Notes under the pieces: model-generated
Databases searched by the model: none
Told to the model about the DNA's origin: nothing
The model's input: the letters and a program-made list of their open reading frames with translations, nothing else
Part shown: one piece after another, positions 35,026 through 49,348 of the stretch
How the letters are laid out: every line of letters begins with the position of its first letter
Position numbering within the stretch: position 1 is the first letter of the stretch
Assembly (NCBI GenBank): GCA_036172245.1
Contig: JAYWIR010000091.1
Location: 62,001-126,000, forward strand
Length of the DNA stretch: 64,000 bases
Direction of reading: 5' to 3'
Source: Raillietiella orientalis
Lineage: Eukaryota
Program-made: the position numbers and the translations under genes

Positions 35026-38000
35026 TCGTCCGGGAACCGCGTAGTTTTGTTACGGGATCACCACAGATTCTGCAATACTTCCTTATCGCGCGAGCCACAG
35101 CTTTGAAAACAACTTGACGTCCGAGTTCACCAAGGTGATCGGACGCCAGCTGTTAAGTTGGCGCAAGTCTCCGCCTTTCGGCAGGAGACGCACCTTCGCT
35201 GAGCGGAAGAAATCCGAAATGTTCCCGCATTCCCTCATCAGCGACGCGAGTCTCAGCATCAAGGGGATGAGCTCCACTGCATACCATTGATAAAATTCTG
35301 CAGGAAGTCCATCCTCGCCTGGCGCCTTTCGTCTCTTCAGCCCAGCAATGGCGGACGAGAACTCCTCCGCCGTGAAGGGCTGGTTGAGACTTTCGCGTTC
35401 CTGCTCGCCGACGACAGAAGCATCCTGAGACAGGTGTATCTCAGAAAGAATATCCTCCGTCGGGGATTTTGCGTACAGCGAGGAGTAGTAGCGTCTCACA
35501 ATGGGGCGTACTTCGGCTGGGACCGAGAATTCCTGGCCCTTTTCGTCCAACAGGCATGCTGCTCCGGACTGCCAGACCTGGCGTTCGGCCCTCGTCTTGT
35601 ACTCCGCGAGACGCCTGACATCCGCGCGTCTGGAAAACGTGCGGGCCTGCAGAAAGTGTGTGCTGTTGGCCACGCCTTCTCCGAGACCGCGTGGAAGCCG
35701 GTGCAAAGGGAATTCGCAGCAGAACTCGCGGACAGATCTTTTAAGATTGCCCAGTCCGCGAGTTCTTGAATGGCGAATCCTGCAAAGTGCTCACGGAGAT
35801 AGTCCGCAGCCTCCGGATGGCTAAGATAATCCTCCTGCATTCTCCAGTTTTGCAACGGAGGCCCTTTTCCTGGCGGAAGGAGCTCAAACTCCAACCTGTG
35901 ATGGTCAGAAAGCCCAGTCAACAATCTTCCTCTCCTACCTACACGTGAATGTAGGTTTTCATCGAAGAAAACATGATCGAGCGGTCTTCTAATTCGAGGT
36001 TTGCTTACCATCAATTTGGCGGCGTGCACCGACGTGCACATCTCGATGGGCAACGCGCGCTCCCTGGGGCGGCTCCAATCGTCGGAGAGCAGGCGGACGT
36101 TAAAGTCCCTCACGACGAGGTGCGCCACTTGGGGGCCGGAGTTGTTCAGCCATTGTCTCTGCACCTTACCAAGGAAAAGTAGGAAGAGTAGGAAAGCTAC
36201 TCTTTCTTCGAGGTAGCGAAAGCCACTCGGCGCGAAGACGTTCGTAACGACGAGATCGATGGACTCGGACCACTTGATGACAAGTTGGCCTTCCCGTCCT
36301 TCGTCGTCGAAACGAACACCACGCACCGCTTCCGCCATTTTTCCTCTTAAGAGGAACGCGACGCCGCACGTGTGTGCGCCGCCGCATCGCCAATGTAGCG
36401 CTCCGCCTGCGCGCTTCTGGATTTCGGCTGCCTGCTCGTCGGAGATTAAGTGAATCTCCTGCAGGAGCGCGAGGTCGAAGGGGCGCCAGGCGTTTGCTAC
36501 TCAGCGCCTCTTCTCGTCGTGCTGCAGTCCGTTCACGTTCCAACACGAAACGCACAGACGACGAGAAGACGCGTTTCCCCACATCAATGATGAGAAGTTG
36601 GCGGCATTTTGCCCGCTTTCCCCGGCGAGCGGTCGGTGAGCAGCACTGCTGAATGGAGATTACGGTCGCCACCGTCGTCCGTCGAGCTGCACGAAATCGA
36701 GTGCTGATTTCTGCGTAACGTCGTTTGACGCTCCGGGATGAGCTCTTGCTCCTTCGCGGCAAGCGCTGCTTGCCTCAGGGCTTTAACCCGTCGCGTTGCG
36801 GCTTCCGCGCGTGTGATCCGACGTGCGTCGGTGACCTGAGACTCCGTTTGGGAGTCTGATTGAAGCGCAGGCGCTTCGGGACTCACCTGCTCTGTCGTTT
36901 TGGAGGTAATCACGAATGTAACCGTGGACACTTCCTTTTTCGCGATCACCGCAACATCGTCCCTAGCGATCGCAACTTTCGCGCAATTCGCGACCGCAGC
37001 GGTAGCCTTTCCAGAGGCAGAAAGAACATTCGCGCGACTCTTTTGCATCTCGCAACAGTTCTTTCCCTTAAGAGGCTCTTGGAACTAGGCTGCGGAGAAT
37101 TTTAGGGAGATTTTAATTTTCTACCTTCCACCGCAACCTTCCACCCACCGTCCGGTTGTTCGTAGCGCTTCGCAATTTTCTTGAGGGACGCCTACGAACG
37201 TTCCTCCCCAACCGCCTAGGGCGCAGCTTTCGCAGCACCGTTAGAAGGCGGCGAAAGCGCGACCCCGCGGCAGTCATGAGATTGCTCCTCTCCGTCCTAG
37301 TTGAAGAACTTGCTTCGCGGCTCGAAGTATTGTGCGCACAACAACTTAATCAGATATTTGTGCTCGTGTGTGCCCGGAAAGGGGAAATTTCCTGACGAAA
37401 CTACGAAAGAAGCGCCGAGGATATCGCGGCAGAAGATTTGCAGTGGTACCGTGCAGCAAGACCAGCTGCCAGGATGCAGGCACCTAGAGGAGGAGTGGAG
37501 AGACCGTCGTCCCCCATGGAACCATGGAGGTAACGTGCGGCAACGGCGAGGCGATGGCAGGCATGCCGAGGTTCGGGCCCGAGGCGGGCTTTGCTGCGCC
37601 GGCGACGGCGCAGCCTTTTCCTATGCGTCGGTGGCGGCTGGACAAGCGGGTGTCCAACCACCAAGAAAATTCGGGTAGCCGCTCTGCAGCACAATCCAAA
37701 AGGTGGATCGGCCAATAGTGGATTTAGAGCCGAATGTAAAGACCATCATTTTGAAGACTGAGCTGATCAAATTTAATAATATCAGGGAGGTCTGTCTGTC
37801 ACTCGATAGAACGGATATCAATTTTGAACACATAAAGGCGATCATACCGGTAAATAACGGGTTCACAGTCTTCACCGACTGTGAAAATATTAGAGATCGA
37901 TTGATCCAGGAAAAGATCAATATAAAAGGGAGGACGGTTTGTGGTATTAACGAAATGCCATACACAACCGTCTTTCTGAACGGCATCTCCATCCTCACAC

Positions 38001-41000
38001 CGCAAATAACGGTGTGGAACTTTTTGGAAAAGTATGGGGAAGTTTTGGACATGAAATTCCAGAACTTCTCCAAAAATATATTTTCTGGCGACATGTTCGC
38101 CAAGATGAAGATGAAGGAGGGAGCTGTTATACCTAAGTTGGCGTTCATTGACGAACAATCCCAGGGAGTGAACGTGCGTTACCGGCAACAACCGATATTC
38201 TGCACCGGGTGCAAGCAGTTTGTCCACAGGGCCGGCGCTTGCCCAACGTGTCGTTGTTTTCGCTGCTGTAAAGTGGGACATCAAGTCCCAAACTGCCCGC
38301 AGCCGGAAGTGTGCTCCTTCTGCAAGAAACACGGACATGCCAAATGGAGCTGTCCGAAGTTTGCAAACTGCAGAAGGATTCGAGGTCTCTCTCCCGTGAG
38401 AGAGAGAAACACCAAGGAGGCGGAACAGCCTCAGAAGGCACGAAGGATGAACAAGGTGGAGGAAGCCGTCATGGTATTCAAAGACGGCTTCATACAGGTA
38501 GGGAAGAAAGGAAAGAGGAGGATGCTCATCAAGGAGCAAGAAATACCTCTTAACTTAGAAAAAGAAAAGCAAGAAGGCGAGAAGATGAAGGTAGCGCAGA
38601 AAGGCACGGAAGAGAAAATAGCCGAAGCCTCACCGGTGTCGCAGGAGGCCGTGCAATCTATTGAGAAGCTGGCATCACTGGCTAATAAACTCCTAGATGT
38701 GCCGAGCGGTCCCAAGCAAGAAAAAATCCTGCAGAAGTTTTGCAATGCACAGGAAAAGGTCAACCAGCTTGTGGAGGTCACCCAACGCGAGAAGCTAGAG
38801 GAACAGCTTCTCGACGTGAAGGGGAACTTCTGCGCCAAGGTCGAGATAGAAGCGCTATCTGGAAAAATTCATTGCGCAAGCCGAACACTCTACGGAGGAG
38901 GTGGAATTAACCGACCTCACCGGAAAAGAGAGTGACTCCGACAGCGAGAAGCCCGCTGCTTCTTCATTGTCTGGAAGAGCACGCTCTCTCAGACAGAAGA
39001 AGCTCAGGAAGGCCAAGAAATAGGTCTTCCCCTTTTATTGCCTCTTCCCTATCAAACGCCAGGAGGCTGAACATCGCCTCCTGGAATGTAAACGTTGTGG
39101 TCGACCGGGGAAAAAGAAAAAGGATTGTACGGACCATCGCACAAGACAAAGTGAGCTTGCAGGAGACCCACAAGATGGGTCTCGAGATTAGGCCGCAAAT
39201 GGAACGGCGATTCAACGGTCAGATGTTCGTCAGCGAGGGAGAACAAAAAACGCAGGAAGTGGCGGTCCTAATCAAGAAGAACCTGGCCACCACTATTCTA
39301 GAATTGTTCTGTCCCCAACCCGGACGAATAATCGGCGTGCGACTGGGCTGGTCCGCTACAGTTCACCTCATCTTGGTGAACGTGCACGGGCCGCACAGGC
39401 TGAAACATCGTTGTGCGGAGGCGCTGCATGCAGCACTATGTGAAAAGGTTGCCCGAAGGACGTCGTGACTGCTGCTGGCGATTTAAAAATATTGGATGAG
39501 ATCACTCACTTTCAAGACGCCAGAGGAAGGACGGCGTATCAGCGGCAATCCTAAATGGTCGGACTGGTGTGGCGAACTGCAAGTAACAAGCCGATCGATG
39601 ACGTCCTGCACAGCACCGAACTTGGGAATCGCATCCAGGGTTTACAAGACATTATGACCACGGTATCCGATCACCTCCTGGTGCGGTTTTCCCTGAGAAC
39701 GAAGAATCCTCGGAGGAGGCAAGGCAATAGGGCGGTGCTCATCAGCATGCCCGCCTGGTACGAAACCCTCCCCAGACATCAGCCTGTCCTGCAGACGACT
39801 GTGGAAGAAACAACAATCCGAAGAGTCGCCGACTGGGACAGCCTGGAACACAGGATACACCGGTTTGCAAGCATGCAGTTCGGAAAAAGGCGCTTGAGGC
39901 AGGAGGCGTACCGGCAGCTGAACATCCAAGATCGCTCACTCTCAAAGTACTCCGATGAGTACGAGAGTCGGTACGAATTTCAGAACAGAAAATTGGAAGT
40001 CGGCGTGCTGGAGCAGGGAAATCTGGCAACAGATATCTTCTGCATCCAGTAGGACGGTCAAAAGCGACAGTCGTCTGAGGACATCGTGGATGCCTTTCAC
40101 AGGCATTACACGAAACACTTCAGGCGACAACATCTATGTCGCTCTAGTCAAGAAGTCTTTCTGAGCTACCTCGAGAAGAGGACCGACGATCACCAGCGGA
40201 ACAGACTGGAGGAGGAGTTCTTCGAAGATGAGGTGAAGACTGCGTTTGGTCAACTAAGCAAGGACGTGGCAGCGTGCCCTGACAGCGTACCCATCACTCA
40301 CTATAAGCGGTACCTGCATGCCTACCTGCGTTTGTTCCACCAGTTGACCCACTGCATCCGCGAAGAAGGAAGACTTCGACAGTCCTTCTACGAGACTCGA
40401 ATGTGATTGTTGCCAAAAGGAGGAGACCTCACGCATGTCGCTCAATGGAGGCCAATTTCGATCCCGAACTCGGATGCGAAGTGGTTGGCGAATATCTGGT
40501 CCAGCCGCTTAGGCAGGGTCATGACGAAGCTGATCTCTCCGGTCCTCACATGCGCTGTCTTAGGTCGCCACATGTCGGAGAATGTCAAGTTCGCCCAGGT
40601 CATAGTAGGCCTCAGCCGATATGTCGGTGAGAACCTGTCGCTGGAAATCTCTGACATGGAGAAGGCTTTCGACACCATCGACCATGGGATTCTGCAGAAC
40701 GTTCTGGAGAAGCTAGGCCTTCCGAAACACTTCAGCAACTTCGTGAGGGTGGTACTCCAGAACCAGCACTGCCGAATCAAAATCAACGGTTAGGAGACTA
40801 CACCAATCCGGATGGAACGGGAGTCTGGCAGGGCGATTCGCTAAGTCCGATGCTGTTCGCCATCTCCATGAAGGCGTTCTCGTCCTTTATCGAGAAAAGC
40901 GGACGACTGCAAGGCATAACAATCGATGGGCGGCATTTTATCCATCTGGCATACGCTGATGATCTACTCTTCTTTATCAAGGGAGAGAGAAATCAACGAG

Positions 41001-44000
41001 CGTTTCTGGATGTGGTAGACCTAATTGATCAAGGCCTGGAAAGAGAGATCAACGCCTAGAAAAGCGAGCCCTTGCCCGTTGGAATCCTCGATCTCTCCGC
41101 TCTAACAGGGAGAGGATTACGAACGGTGGACAAGGCCAAGTACCTAGGTGTCTTCATTGGCGGCGTCACCGCGTCGAAGCTATTGTGGTATGAGATACTA
41201 GGGAAAACGGCAAATGAAGCAGTCAAGTACACCCGAACGGACCTTGGAATGAAGCGAAAGGCCAAAATATGGAACGGAGTACTCCTTCCAAAAGTGCTCT
41301 CCTTGGCAGCCTTCGCGAGGATGAACAAGGACAAAAGGAAGGAGTCCGACAAGCTGCAGAGGAAAACACTGTGGGGCGACTATCGCCCAAGAGTCCGACT
41401 AAAACCCCTGTGTCGTCCCAGGGATGAAGGCAGTTCCGGGATGAAGTCGCTTGCACACTACATAGAAATCATGGATACGCGACACCTTCTGGACATTGCC
41501 ACTCACTGGGATGACAGGCCGTATTCGGCGCACAGGGCCTTCGCGTTGTTGTTGAACAACTCGGAAGGCCTGATGACTGCTCTGCTAGGCCAAGCAGGCG
41601 AATGGAAAAAAATCGTCCCAACCTAGACGAGGAAGCAACAGCTGGTGTGTAAGCGTAAACTCAAGATCGTGCCCAAAAGTAGTGAACTCTGGCAGGACGA
41701 GTCGATCCTGGTTATCCCTTGGATGCTTGTTGTAACGCTGGACACGAGAAGCTGGATCCACCAGCGGTCCAGAGTTACTTTGCAACGGATCCAGTAATGG
41801 CGCCGAGGAAGATACCTACATCACTCTCGTGTACTTCGGTACATAGAGATGATGTAAGGGAGGTTCACCCATCACACCCGTGAGATGTGGATTAACCACA
41901 ACGACTTTGCGTGGTAGAGGGTAACCAAAATGAACCTCCGTAGGATGATCAAGTATGAAGATAAAGACACCAGCGCCCTCCAAGAAGCCGCCGACCGCTA
42001 CGGGAGCGATCGCGTCAACCTGCTAGCGATCGGCACGACGCTCTGGAGGAGTGACCTTCCCCCGAGGACCCAGGACGACCTCCTGATGTTTTATCATGGA
42101 TGAATCCAGAGTGGATCCCGATTGCAGCACTACACCGGAAGAAGGGAAGATCGAGACTGCACAGCATGTGGAGACATCCACACGAGACTTCACGTCTTGA
42201 CCTGTCAAAGATTGCTTCATGACTGGCTGATCCTGAAAAGGATCTTCGGACTTACCACCAGGTCCGCAATGGAGCTCCTCGCCGGGTTGTTTCAGGGGGA
42301 TGGTAATGTTCCCTGTTACAATCCCATGGTGAAGACGACCATCGCCCTCTTCATCACCGCCATACTCGTGCGGTGGTGGAGTATGAGGAAAGCCAGGATA
42401 GTCGCACCACCGATGGAGATCCTACAAGGACTCCTGAGAAGGGAAATCGGCATTAGGAATTGCGGAAATATCCAAGCCTGGACGTACCGATTCATCCTGA
42501 AGAGGATAGAGGACGGCGCCCGGGACCAAACATCAGGAAACTGACCATTAGTGCAGAACTTGTGAGAACCAAAGGACTTCATTGTGATAAAAGAAAAGTG
42601 CTAATGGTATGGATGAGATTGTAGTGTGAATGTTTTTATAGAAAAATGTTAGAAAAATAAATTTACCCCACCCTTCGTTTGACTTGGGAAAACTGTCTTG
42701 TTGGGAAGGATGCAGCTGGTTGCTGCATGTTTTGAGGCAACGCAACGCTGCTTTCGTTGGCATATTTCGACGAACCTGCAGACGCCTTCGTGAGGTTTCC
42801 GACTGAAGCCTACGAAATGGACAGAGCGCTCATGGAGACGGTTACCACGCAATTTTCTTTCGCGTGTCCTCCTTTCGCCTTTTCGCACGGAGCGACTGGT
42901 TTTACAGATCCCATTTCGCTAGTAGCGTTTCCGCGATCAGCTACTGCGACAGTAACGGTACGCGCGGAGCCCTTTCGTTTTTTTATAAATGGCTTCCCTG
43001 CCGCGCGATTGCCGTTTCAGGGCTTTGATGCTGAGCAAGCAAACTTTGAGACCGCGTTCGGGCCCTTTTTATCTTCGGCCTTTCGCGTTCCCCCCTGTTT
43101 TTTTTTTTTGAGGATGCTGTTTTCTCCTCTGCGCACTCTTTGGCACGCCGGAGTTTAGCATTCTCCTTTTTTTCTTTATGTCGGGGCACTTTCTAATTTC
43201 GTTCCCGGACTCCTTACAGTAGCGACACTTCGGGGAAGAGCATTCTTTACCCCGATGCCCTACTTTGCCGCATTGCTCGCACGCGCGAGTTTTGCCAAGG
43301 AACCACAGGTGAACGACCGTGCCGCTGACCTGTTGCGCGGCAGACAGTGTGCGGTTGTTAAAAACGGTTACCCAAACCGCAGCAAATCCTGTGTGGACGG
43401 AAGGGAATTTCCTGTACGAACTCTCCTTCCTCCACATCGCATGAACGGTGGCGACTTTCCCCAACGCGTCCTGTCGTTGATCTCCGGCTCTACTTCCGAG
43501 AGAACAGCGACAAAAGACTTGTCCATCGCGGAAGGAAAAACTTTTTTTCCGCGGATGGACTAAGGAGTGCGGAGGAGACTCTGCACAAGTGCAGCCTGCT
43601 TGCATCGTTACTTCACATATCCTAATGCTGGAACAGGCATGAGTGCTATGAGGTCCTCCTCTCGCACTCCCACACCGTAGAATTCGTCGGCGAACTCCTC
43701 CCCAGACTTAGCTAGTCCACTTACGTTGTAGCGAAGAGCAGGCTTGTTGCCCTGGGCTTCATAGGCTTGCATCTCCGCCTGGACGGGGAGGCATCCTTGT
43801 ACGGCTGCAGAAGCAACCACGTCCGCAAAGCTCCTGGTCAGTGGAGCGGGGCTCGAACACGTTGTCGCCATCCCTCCAGCTGCGAGAAGTTCCTCAACTA
43901 CAATTCGAGGTCTTCTATGCTGCGTTGTTCACTGCTCATCCTTAGGGATGTGCAGTGAAATGCGTAAACACAACCAAACAGCGGAACCACGGAGGGACAC

Positions 44001-44022
44001 GAAATCTCGTCCGACTCGTATG
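35026..44022 (-). mobile_element. Second family A-like copy, 3'-deleted, with ORF1 split by the F insertion at 37307-42692
   Basis: ORF2 35026-36584 is closely similar to 3665-5203. ORF1 pieces at 43871-42693 and 37306-36584. 5' end CGAGTCGGACG near 44018. Confidence 0.82.
37307..42692 (+). mobile_element. Full-length family F LINE, disabled
   Basis: 5' end AACTTGCTTCGCGG. ORF1 has three knuckles (CTGC, CFRC, CSFC). ORF2 has EN and RT (AYADD). 3' end AATAAA...GACTTGGGAAAA. Confidence 0.9.
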
Positions 44023-44345
44023 AAGGCGAACATTAAAATCGCTTGCAACCAGATGGGCATTCCGCACGCCTGCCTCAGTCAGCCAGTCGCGCCGGAGGGC
44101 AAAGAAAAATTCTTTGCTTGCCCTCCTGTTCGTCAGGTCTGCGCTGCTCGGGGCGTACACGGTCGTGACGATCAGGTCAATGTAGTCGGACCACCTGAGG
44201 ATCAGCTGGACGACACGACCGTGATTGTCGAAACGCACGCCGCGCGCCGTGGCCTCGTCGCCCACCTGCTAGGCTGGCCAAAGCAGGTGGGCGACACCGC
44301 AACTTCTCGGTGTCCCACACCGATACCACAGCCTCCCTGCGGAGG
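44023..44345 (-). pseudogene. Family E-type EN fragment, host of the A-like insertion
   Basis: Reads RLWYRC...VYAPS...AHLVASDFNVR. Paralog of 48900-49205. Confidence 0.8.
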
Positions 44346-46201
44346 TAGGCGCGACCACACCCTCGGACGTCCCGTTTTACGCGCTGACACCAATGGAGGC
44401 GGGGGATCAGTTGCTCGACGCACCGACCCGTCCCCTTCCTAGGGTCCCGCCCCTACAGGTGGCTTACGCCGCAATGCCACTTTCTCAGGATTAAAACCTG
44501 GGCTATTCTATAGCCGTCGGATCCGCGCGGCCATTTGGAATGTCAACGGTGTGCGCGATGAAGGCAGCAGACGAGATACGGCCGACATTCTGCGTGAGCT
44601 CGACTTGGCCCTGCTGCCGGAGATCCACGTGATCTCCACAGCGGACGTCCAGGAGATCCTATCGATCGCGGAGGGTCGGTTGTACTGGCAATGCAGCGCC
44701 CGCAACACCCGTGATGTCGCGTTTTTTGTGAAGTCAGCTTGCGACGCTGCCGTCAAGGGCGTGTTGTTTGATGACGACGGTCGGGTCGGTCAGCTGATTC
44801 TTAGCTGGTCCGACTCGATCGACCTCATTGTCAGGAGTGTGTAGGCCCCCAGCAGAAAAAAAGGGTACGGGGACCGCACCAGTTTCCTGGAATTTCTGAA
44901 TCGCGAATGGATGGCGGACACGAACGTGCAAATGGATCACCTAATAGCATGAGATTTCAATCTCTGCCGGCTAAGAGGTGAGCCGGAAACACAGGAGAAC
45001 GCGATGAACCAGTTGTGCTGCGCCATGCGTGCGCGCCACTTGTTCGAGGGAGAGGACTGAATATCCCACAGCATCGATCGCGTCTTCGTCGACGCTGACC
45101 TGTGTTCACATGTCGAAAACGGGGCAAGATTGCGTCGGCGCTGTCGGACCATTCCCGGTTAATGTTCGAGATGCGGCCGCGCGACAACGGACTGACATCG
45201 AGGGCGTGGCGTCTGCCGGCCGACTGGACGCGACTCTCAGGTGCGAAGGAACATCTTCGCAAATTCCTGAAAGCAGTCACGCTCGAGAGCTTCGAGCACT
45301 GGGACCTTCTCAAGAAATCAGTGCGGGAGTTCTGCGAGCAGTTTTGCCTGAACCGCTTTCCCCAGGGATTTGGCGAAGGGCCTGGCAACTATCAGGCCTT
45401 TTTACAGGCACGTCGGTACAAGTAAACCCCTATTGTCCGTCGCCTGGCCGAGTACCGCGCTGGGGCCGAATGTTAAGCCCGGCAATCCGAGTCGGCCAGC
45501 TTGCTGGACCAGGGCCGGGAACGTTTTCTTCGGCGGCGGTACGGTATCTTATGAGGGGATCTTATACCTCCCTTTATTCCAGGGCGCCCCCGGAGCGAGA
45601 CGCCTCTCGGCGCTTGCTCCCAGAAATTGCCCCGGCATTAAGGGAGGAAGAGAAGGAAAGCCTCGACGAGCCTTTTAGCATCGGCGAAATTCACGCCGGT
45701 ATCAAAAGGCTTAAGAGGGGTAAAGCTCCAGGGGAGGACAGGTTGCCCGCGGAGTTCTTTCAGATTTTCGCAAAAGAACTCGCCTTCCTGCTGCTCAAGT
45801 TGACGAGGCTAATCCAAGATGAAGCTGATCTACTTGCTTAGTTTCGGTCAGCCAGAGTGAGGCCCCTCGCGAAAAAGGAAGACCTGAGAAAACTCAACAA
45901 TTGGCGTCCGATCACAATTGTAAATGCGGACGCCAAGCTGATTGCCGGGCTGCGGGATTCGCGATTGTCACAGGTAGCCAATACCATAATTAGCCTCGGA
46001 GCAGACTTACGCTGTTACCGGGCGAAGTATGGAGGTCAACCTGTTCTTTGCTGCCACATGGTTGCATGTGCAGAGGTGCGATAATGAACGACATGGGAGA
46101 ATCGCCAACTCCACTTTGGGGCAGCCAGTCGGGCATGAAAGCGAGATTCGGGCGAGGAAAGGAGCCTTAGCGATTGCGATCGATCTGTCTGAAGCGTTCG
46201 A
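44346..46201 (+). pseudogene. Family D ORF1 end and ORF2 up to RT KAFD
   Basis: Reads RIRAAIWNVNGV, SIDRVF, LSDH, GFGEG, KAPGED, NWRPITI, IDLSEAFD. Confidence 0.83.
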
Positions 46202-49200
46202 TTTTCATTCGGATTTCGCTGGGGCGCTTATTAATTAATAAACTTTTATAAAGACCTGCAGTGGCTGGACCATTGCTCCAGCTACGCAGGAAGAAACATA
46301 GAAGCTTCCAAGTCACCGATTCGCAGACCGTAAGGTCTACCACGGCAGCAGGGGAAAATGGGAAAAAGAACTAAAAACAAAAGAAAAAAAAAGGAAAAGT
46401 GGGAGGGTACGGGAAGGGATCACAGTTGCTGCTGAGGCGGTTGCATCCTTCTCAGGATGCCGGCAAGCTCTTTCCGTATGCTTGGATCTAGGTGGGGCCA
46501 TTGCGACGCTCGTTTCGAAATTGCGAGGCTGGCTGGATGGCACTCTGGTCTCGTGATCCTTCCGTAGCCTTGCTCTAGGCGGCGACGATGCCGCTTAGGC
46601 AGCAGAGGGCTGCTAACAAGGCTGCAGGCGGAAGGGCGTCGGACACGAACAGGGCTTTTAATGCGCCCCTGGAGTTGCCGGAGGGGATTGCGATAGCCGC
46701 AGCAAAGCGGAACCAAAGTGGCCGAAGGACAACACAATTCACAAGCACGTGGGGAAGGGACTCCCGTTGCCCACACCTGACACATTTAGGGTCCACCGCT
46801 CCCCAGGTCCAGTAGTGTCCACGGTAGTTGCAAAGGAGTCCCCAGTGCTGCAACAGTTCCGCCGTTTCTTGCCATTTTGAGAGGAGGGTAGAGGTTTTTA
46901 GAAGTACAGAGGTCCACTTCAGACGTTAAATGGGAACATCAAGCAGCGCGCCCCTTCGCAGAAGTCCATGAGGAGGCGAACTCGGAGAGGCAGCGTCAGT
47001 CATCTGATTCGTCTTACACTCTCCCACCTTTTTCCTATTGCCCGAGATTGTTACAGTAACCTCCCACTTCGCCGCAACATCGCTGTCCAGATCTTCCATC
47101 AGGGAGGGCAGTGCAGCAGCGAGGGCGTTTTTCCTGCTCACGCTCTGTTCTTTGGATTCTCCAGGAGGACACGGAGCGTTGAGCTCCTGTAGCCCCCAAA
47201 AATGAACCTTCGTTCCAGTTGGGAGCATTGCATTCCGACCTGTCCCAACGTGCAAACGGTTTCCTGCAGCCAGGCACTATTGTTCGCATGGCGACAGGTG
47301 ATCAATCCGTGGTTTCTCCGTGTCAGGGCAGCGACCCTCCAAAGTTGAAGTCCGCATCTGTTCACCTGGCAACGGAGTACGAAAAAAGACCTGAGTCCAG
47401 GTTTGCCGGTGGCTTCCTGGAGAAGGAGACGTGCAGGGACGCACCAACAGGTGCATCACAACTCTGGTACGAGTACCATCTTTCGGAACTGGAGCTGAGG
47501 CCCAGACGCTCCAATGTCAGTAGGCCGAGACCACCGTCCCGACGCGGAACGCACAAGTACATTAGGCGAAATCGCGTCCTCCCGTTGCCCCAAAGAACGA
47601 TAAGGAAGAGGTCCTTCGTCCGCTTTTCAATCCACTCTGTGGGGAAGCAAACAAAATGCGGGGAATGGAGGAGAGAAGCCGCAAACGTCTTCCAAACCAC
47701 GGCCCGTTCAGGAGGGAGAAACCTGCCGCCTTGGAACGGGCCAATCGCAGTCTTTACTTTCTGAAGGCAGTTGGACCAAGCTTCCGCAGGGGAGTAGTTC
47801 CCCAACGGCACATCAGGGTACTTGAAGTACCTCAGCGTACGGATCCCCAAACGGATCCAGTACTGTGGCCCGGCCCACGCCCCACCAACTGGCTTCACGG
47901 ACTACTTCGACCTGTTCACCATGAGTCCGGTTCCCCGATGCAGCAGGTCGAAGAACTCCTCGACCGCCGCAGCCGGGGTGGACATAGGGAGCAGCAACAG
48001 AAGATCGTCCGAATACGCTGAAGCCGCCGGCGTACCGCGGTAGTCGTGCGGAAGGTGCGCCAGAGTTTCCCTGTACGCTGTCAGTACCAGCTCATAGTAG
48101 GTACTGAAGAGCAAGGGACTCAGGCTGTCACCCTGTTGTATACCACGGCTTTTGTATTTCACGATGGCCGAGATGATCTCACCCATCGTGAAAGGCTCGT
48201 CAAGAGACTTTTTCCCCTCTTCCCCGATCGCAGGAGCGCCTTCCGGAAGCAGGAGTCGTGAGAAGTCCCGCTCGGTAGGCGTTCTTGCGTACAGAAAGGA
48301 GTAAAAACGCCGCAGCAGACCGCGGATCTAAACGGATTCCGAATGCTCCTGGCCCTGAACGTCCAGCAAGCTGGCCGATCCAGACTGCCAGGCTTGCCTC
48401 TCGGCTCCCGCTTTGTATTCCGCCAGCCTGCGGATGTCGAAGGTCCTGACGTAAAGGCGAGCCTGCAGATAGGCTCGTTCGTTTCGTACCTCGTCCCCAA
48501 ATCCCACAGCTAGGCGGTGCAGAGGGAACTGGTCGCAGAACACCTGGACCAACCGCTTGAAGCGGTCCCAATCCTAGAGTGTCTGCATCCTGAAGCTCCG
48601 TATAAACGTGCGGAGATCTTCCGTGGAGTCCGAGAGCTTCAGCCAGTCCCCTTGCAAACGCCACGCTGACGAGGAGGGGGCCCTGTCACGCGGAAGGATT
48701 TCAATCACGATTGGTCGATTGTCGGACAACTGGCTCGGTAACATGCAGCGCCTGCCCACACGAGCGCACAGCTGCTCGTCAAGGAACACGAGATGGATGT
48801 TGTCCTCCATCCCTGGTACACTGGCCAACAAAATACAAGTGTGAACCGCCGCGCACACCTCGTTGACCAGGTCCCGCTCGTGATTCGGCCCATCCGGTTT
48901 CAGACGAACGTTAAAATCGCCGGCAACCAGATGGGCATTCCGCACGCCTGCCTCGGTCAACCTGTCGCGATGGAGGGCAAGGAAAAATTCTTTCCTGGCC
49001 CTCCTGTTCGTCAGGACCGCTCCACTCGGGGCGTAAATGTTTGTGACGATCAGGTCGATCGAGTCAGTCCAACTAAGAGTCAGCTGGCCGACACGACCGT
49101 GATCGTCGGACCGCACTCCACGGACGGCGGCCTCGCTGGCGAGCCGAAGCTGGTAGGTGACACCACAACTTCTCGAAGTTCAACACCGATACCACAGCCG

Positions 49201-49234
49201 CCCTCCAAAGATGCGTTCGATCTCCTGCGCTCGT
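46202..49234 (-). mobile_element. Family E LINE from EN to the 3' end, with an RT deletion near 48150
   Basis: Degenerate hairpin terminus at 46202-46234. Motifs GDFNVR and QQGDSLSP...AYSDD. Confidence 0.85.
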
Positions 49235-49348
49235 ACAGTGCAGACGTGTTTCCGCGTCTATCCGCGCCAACGATCGGGCAACTTTGTGCCTGCGTTTTTG
49301 CTCGCACTTGTGTGTTCCTGTGCAATCTGCCAAGTAGCATAGTGCAAC

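Noticed and set aside
36172..36197. 9-bp micro-duplication giving LLFLLF in EN, and degenerate coding repeats in D ORF1 (about 8190-8340)
   Set aside because: Ordinary slippage or low-complexity expansion, with no further structure.
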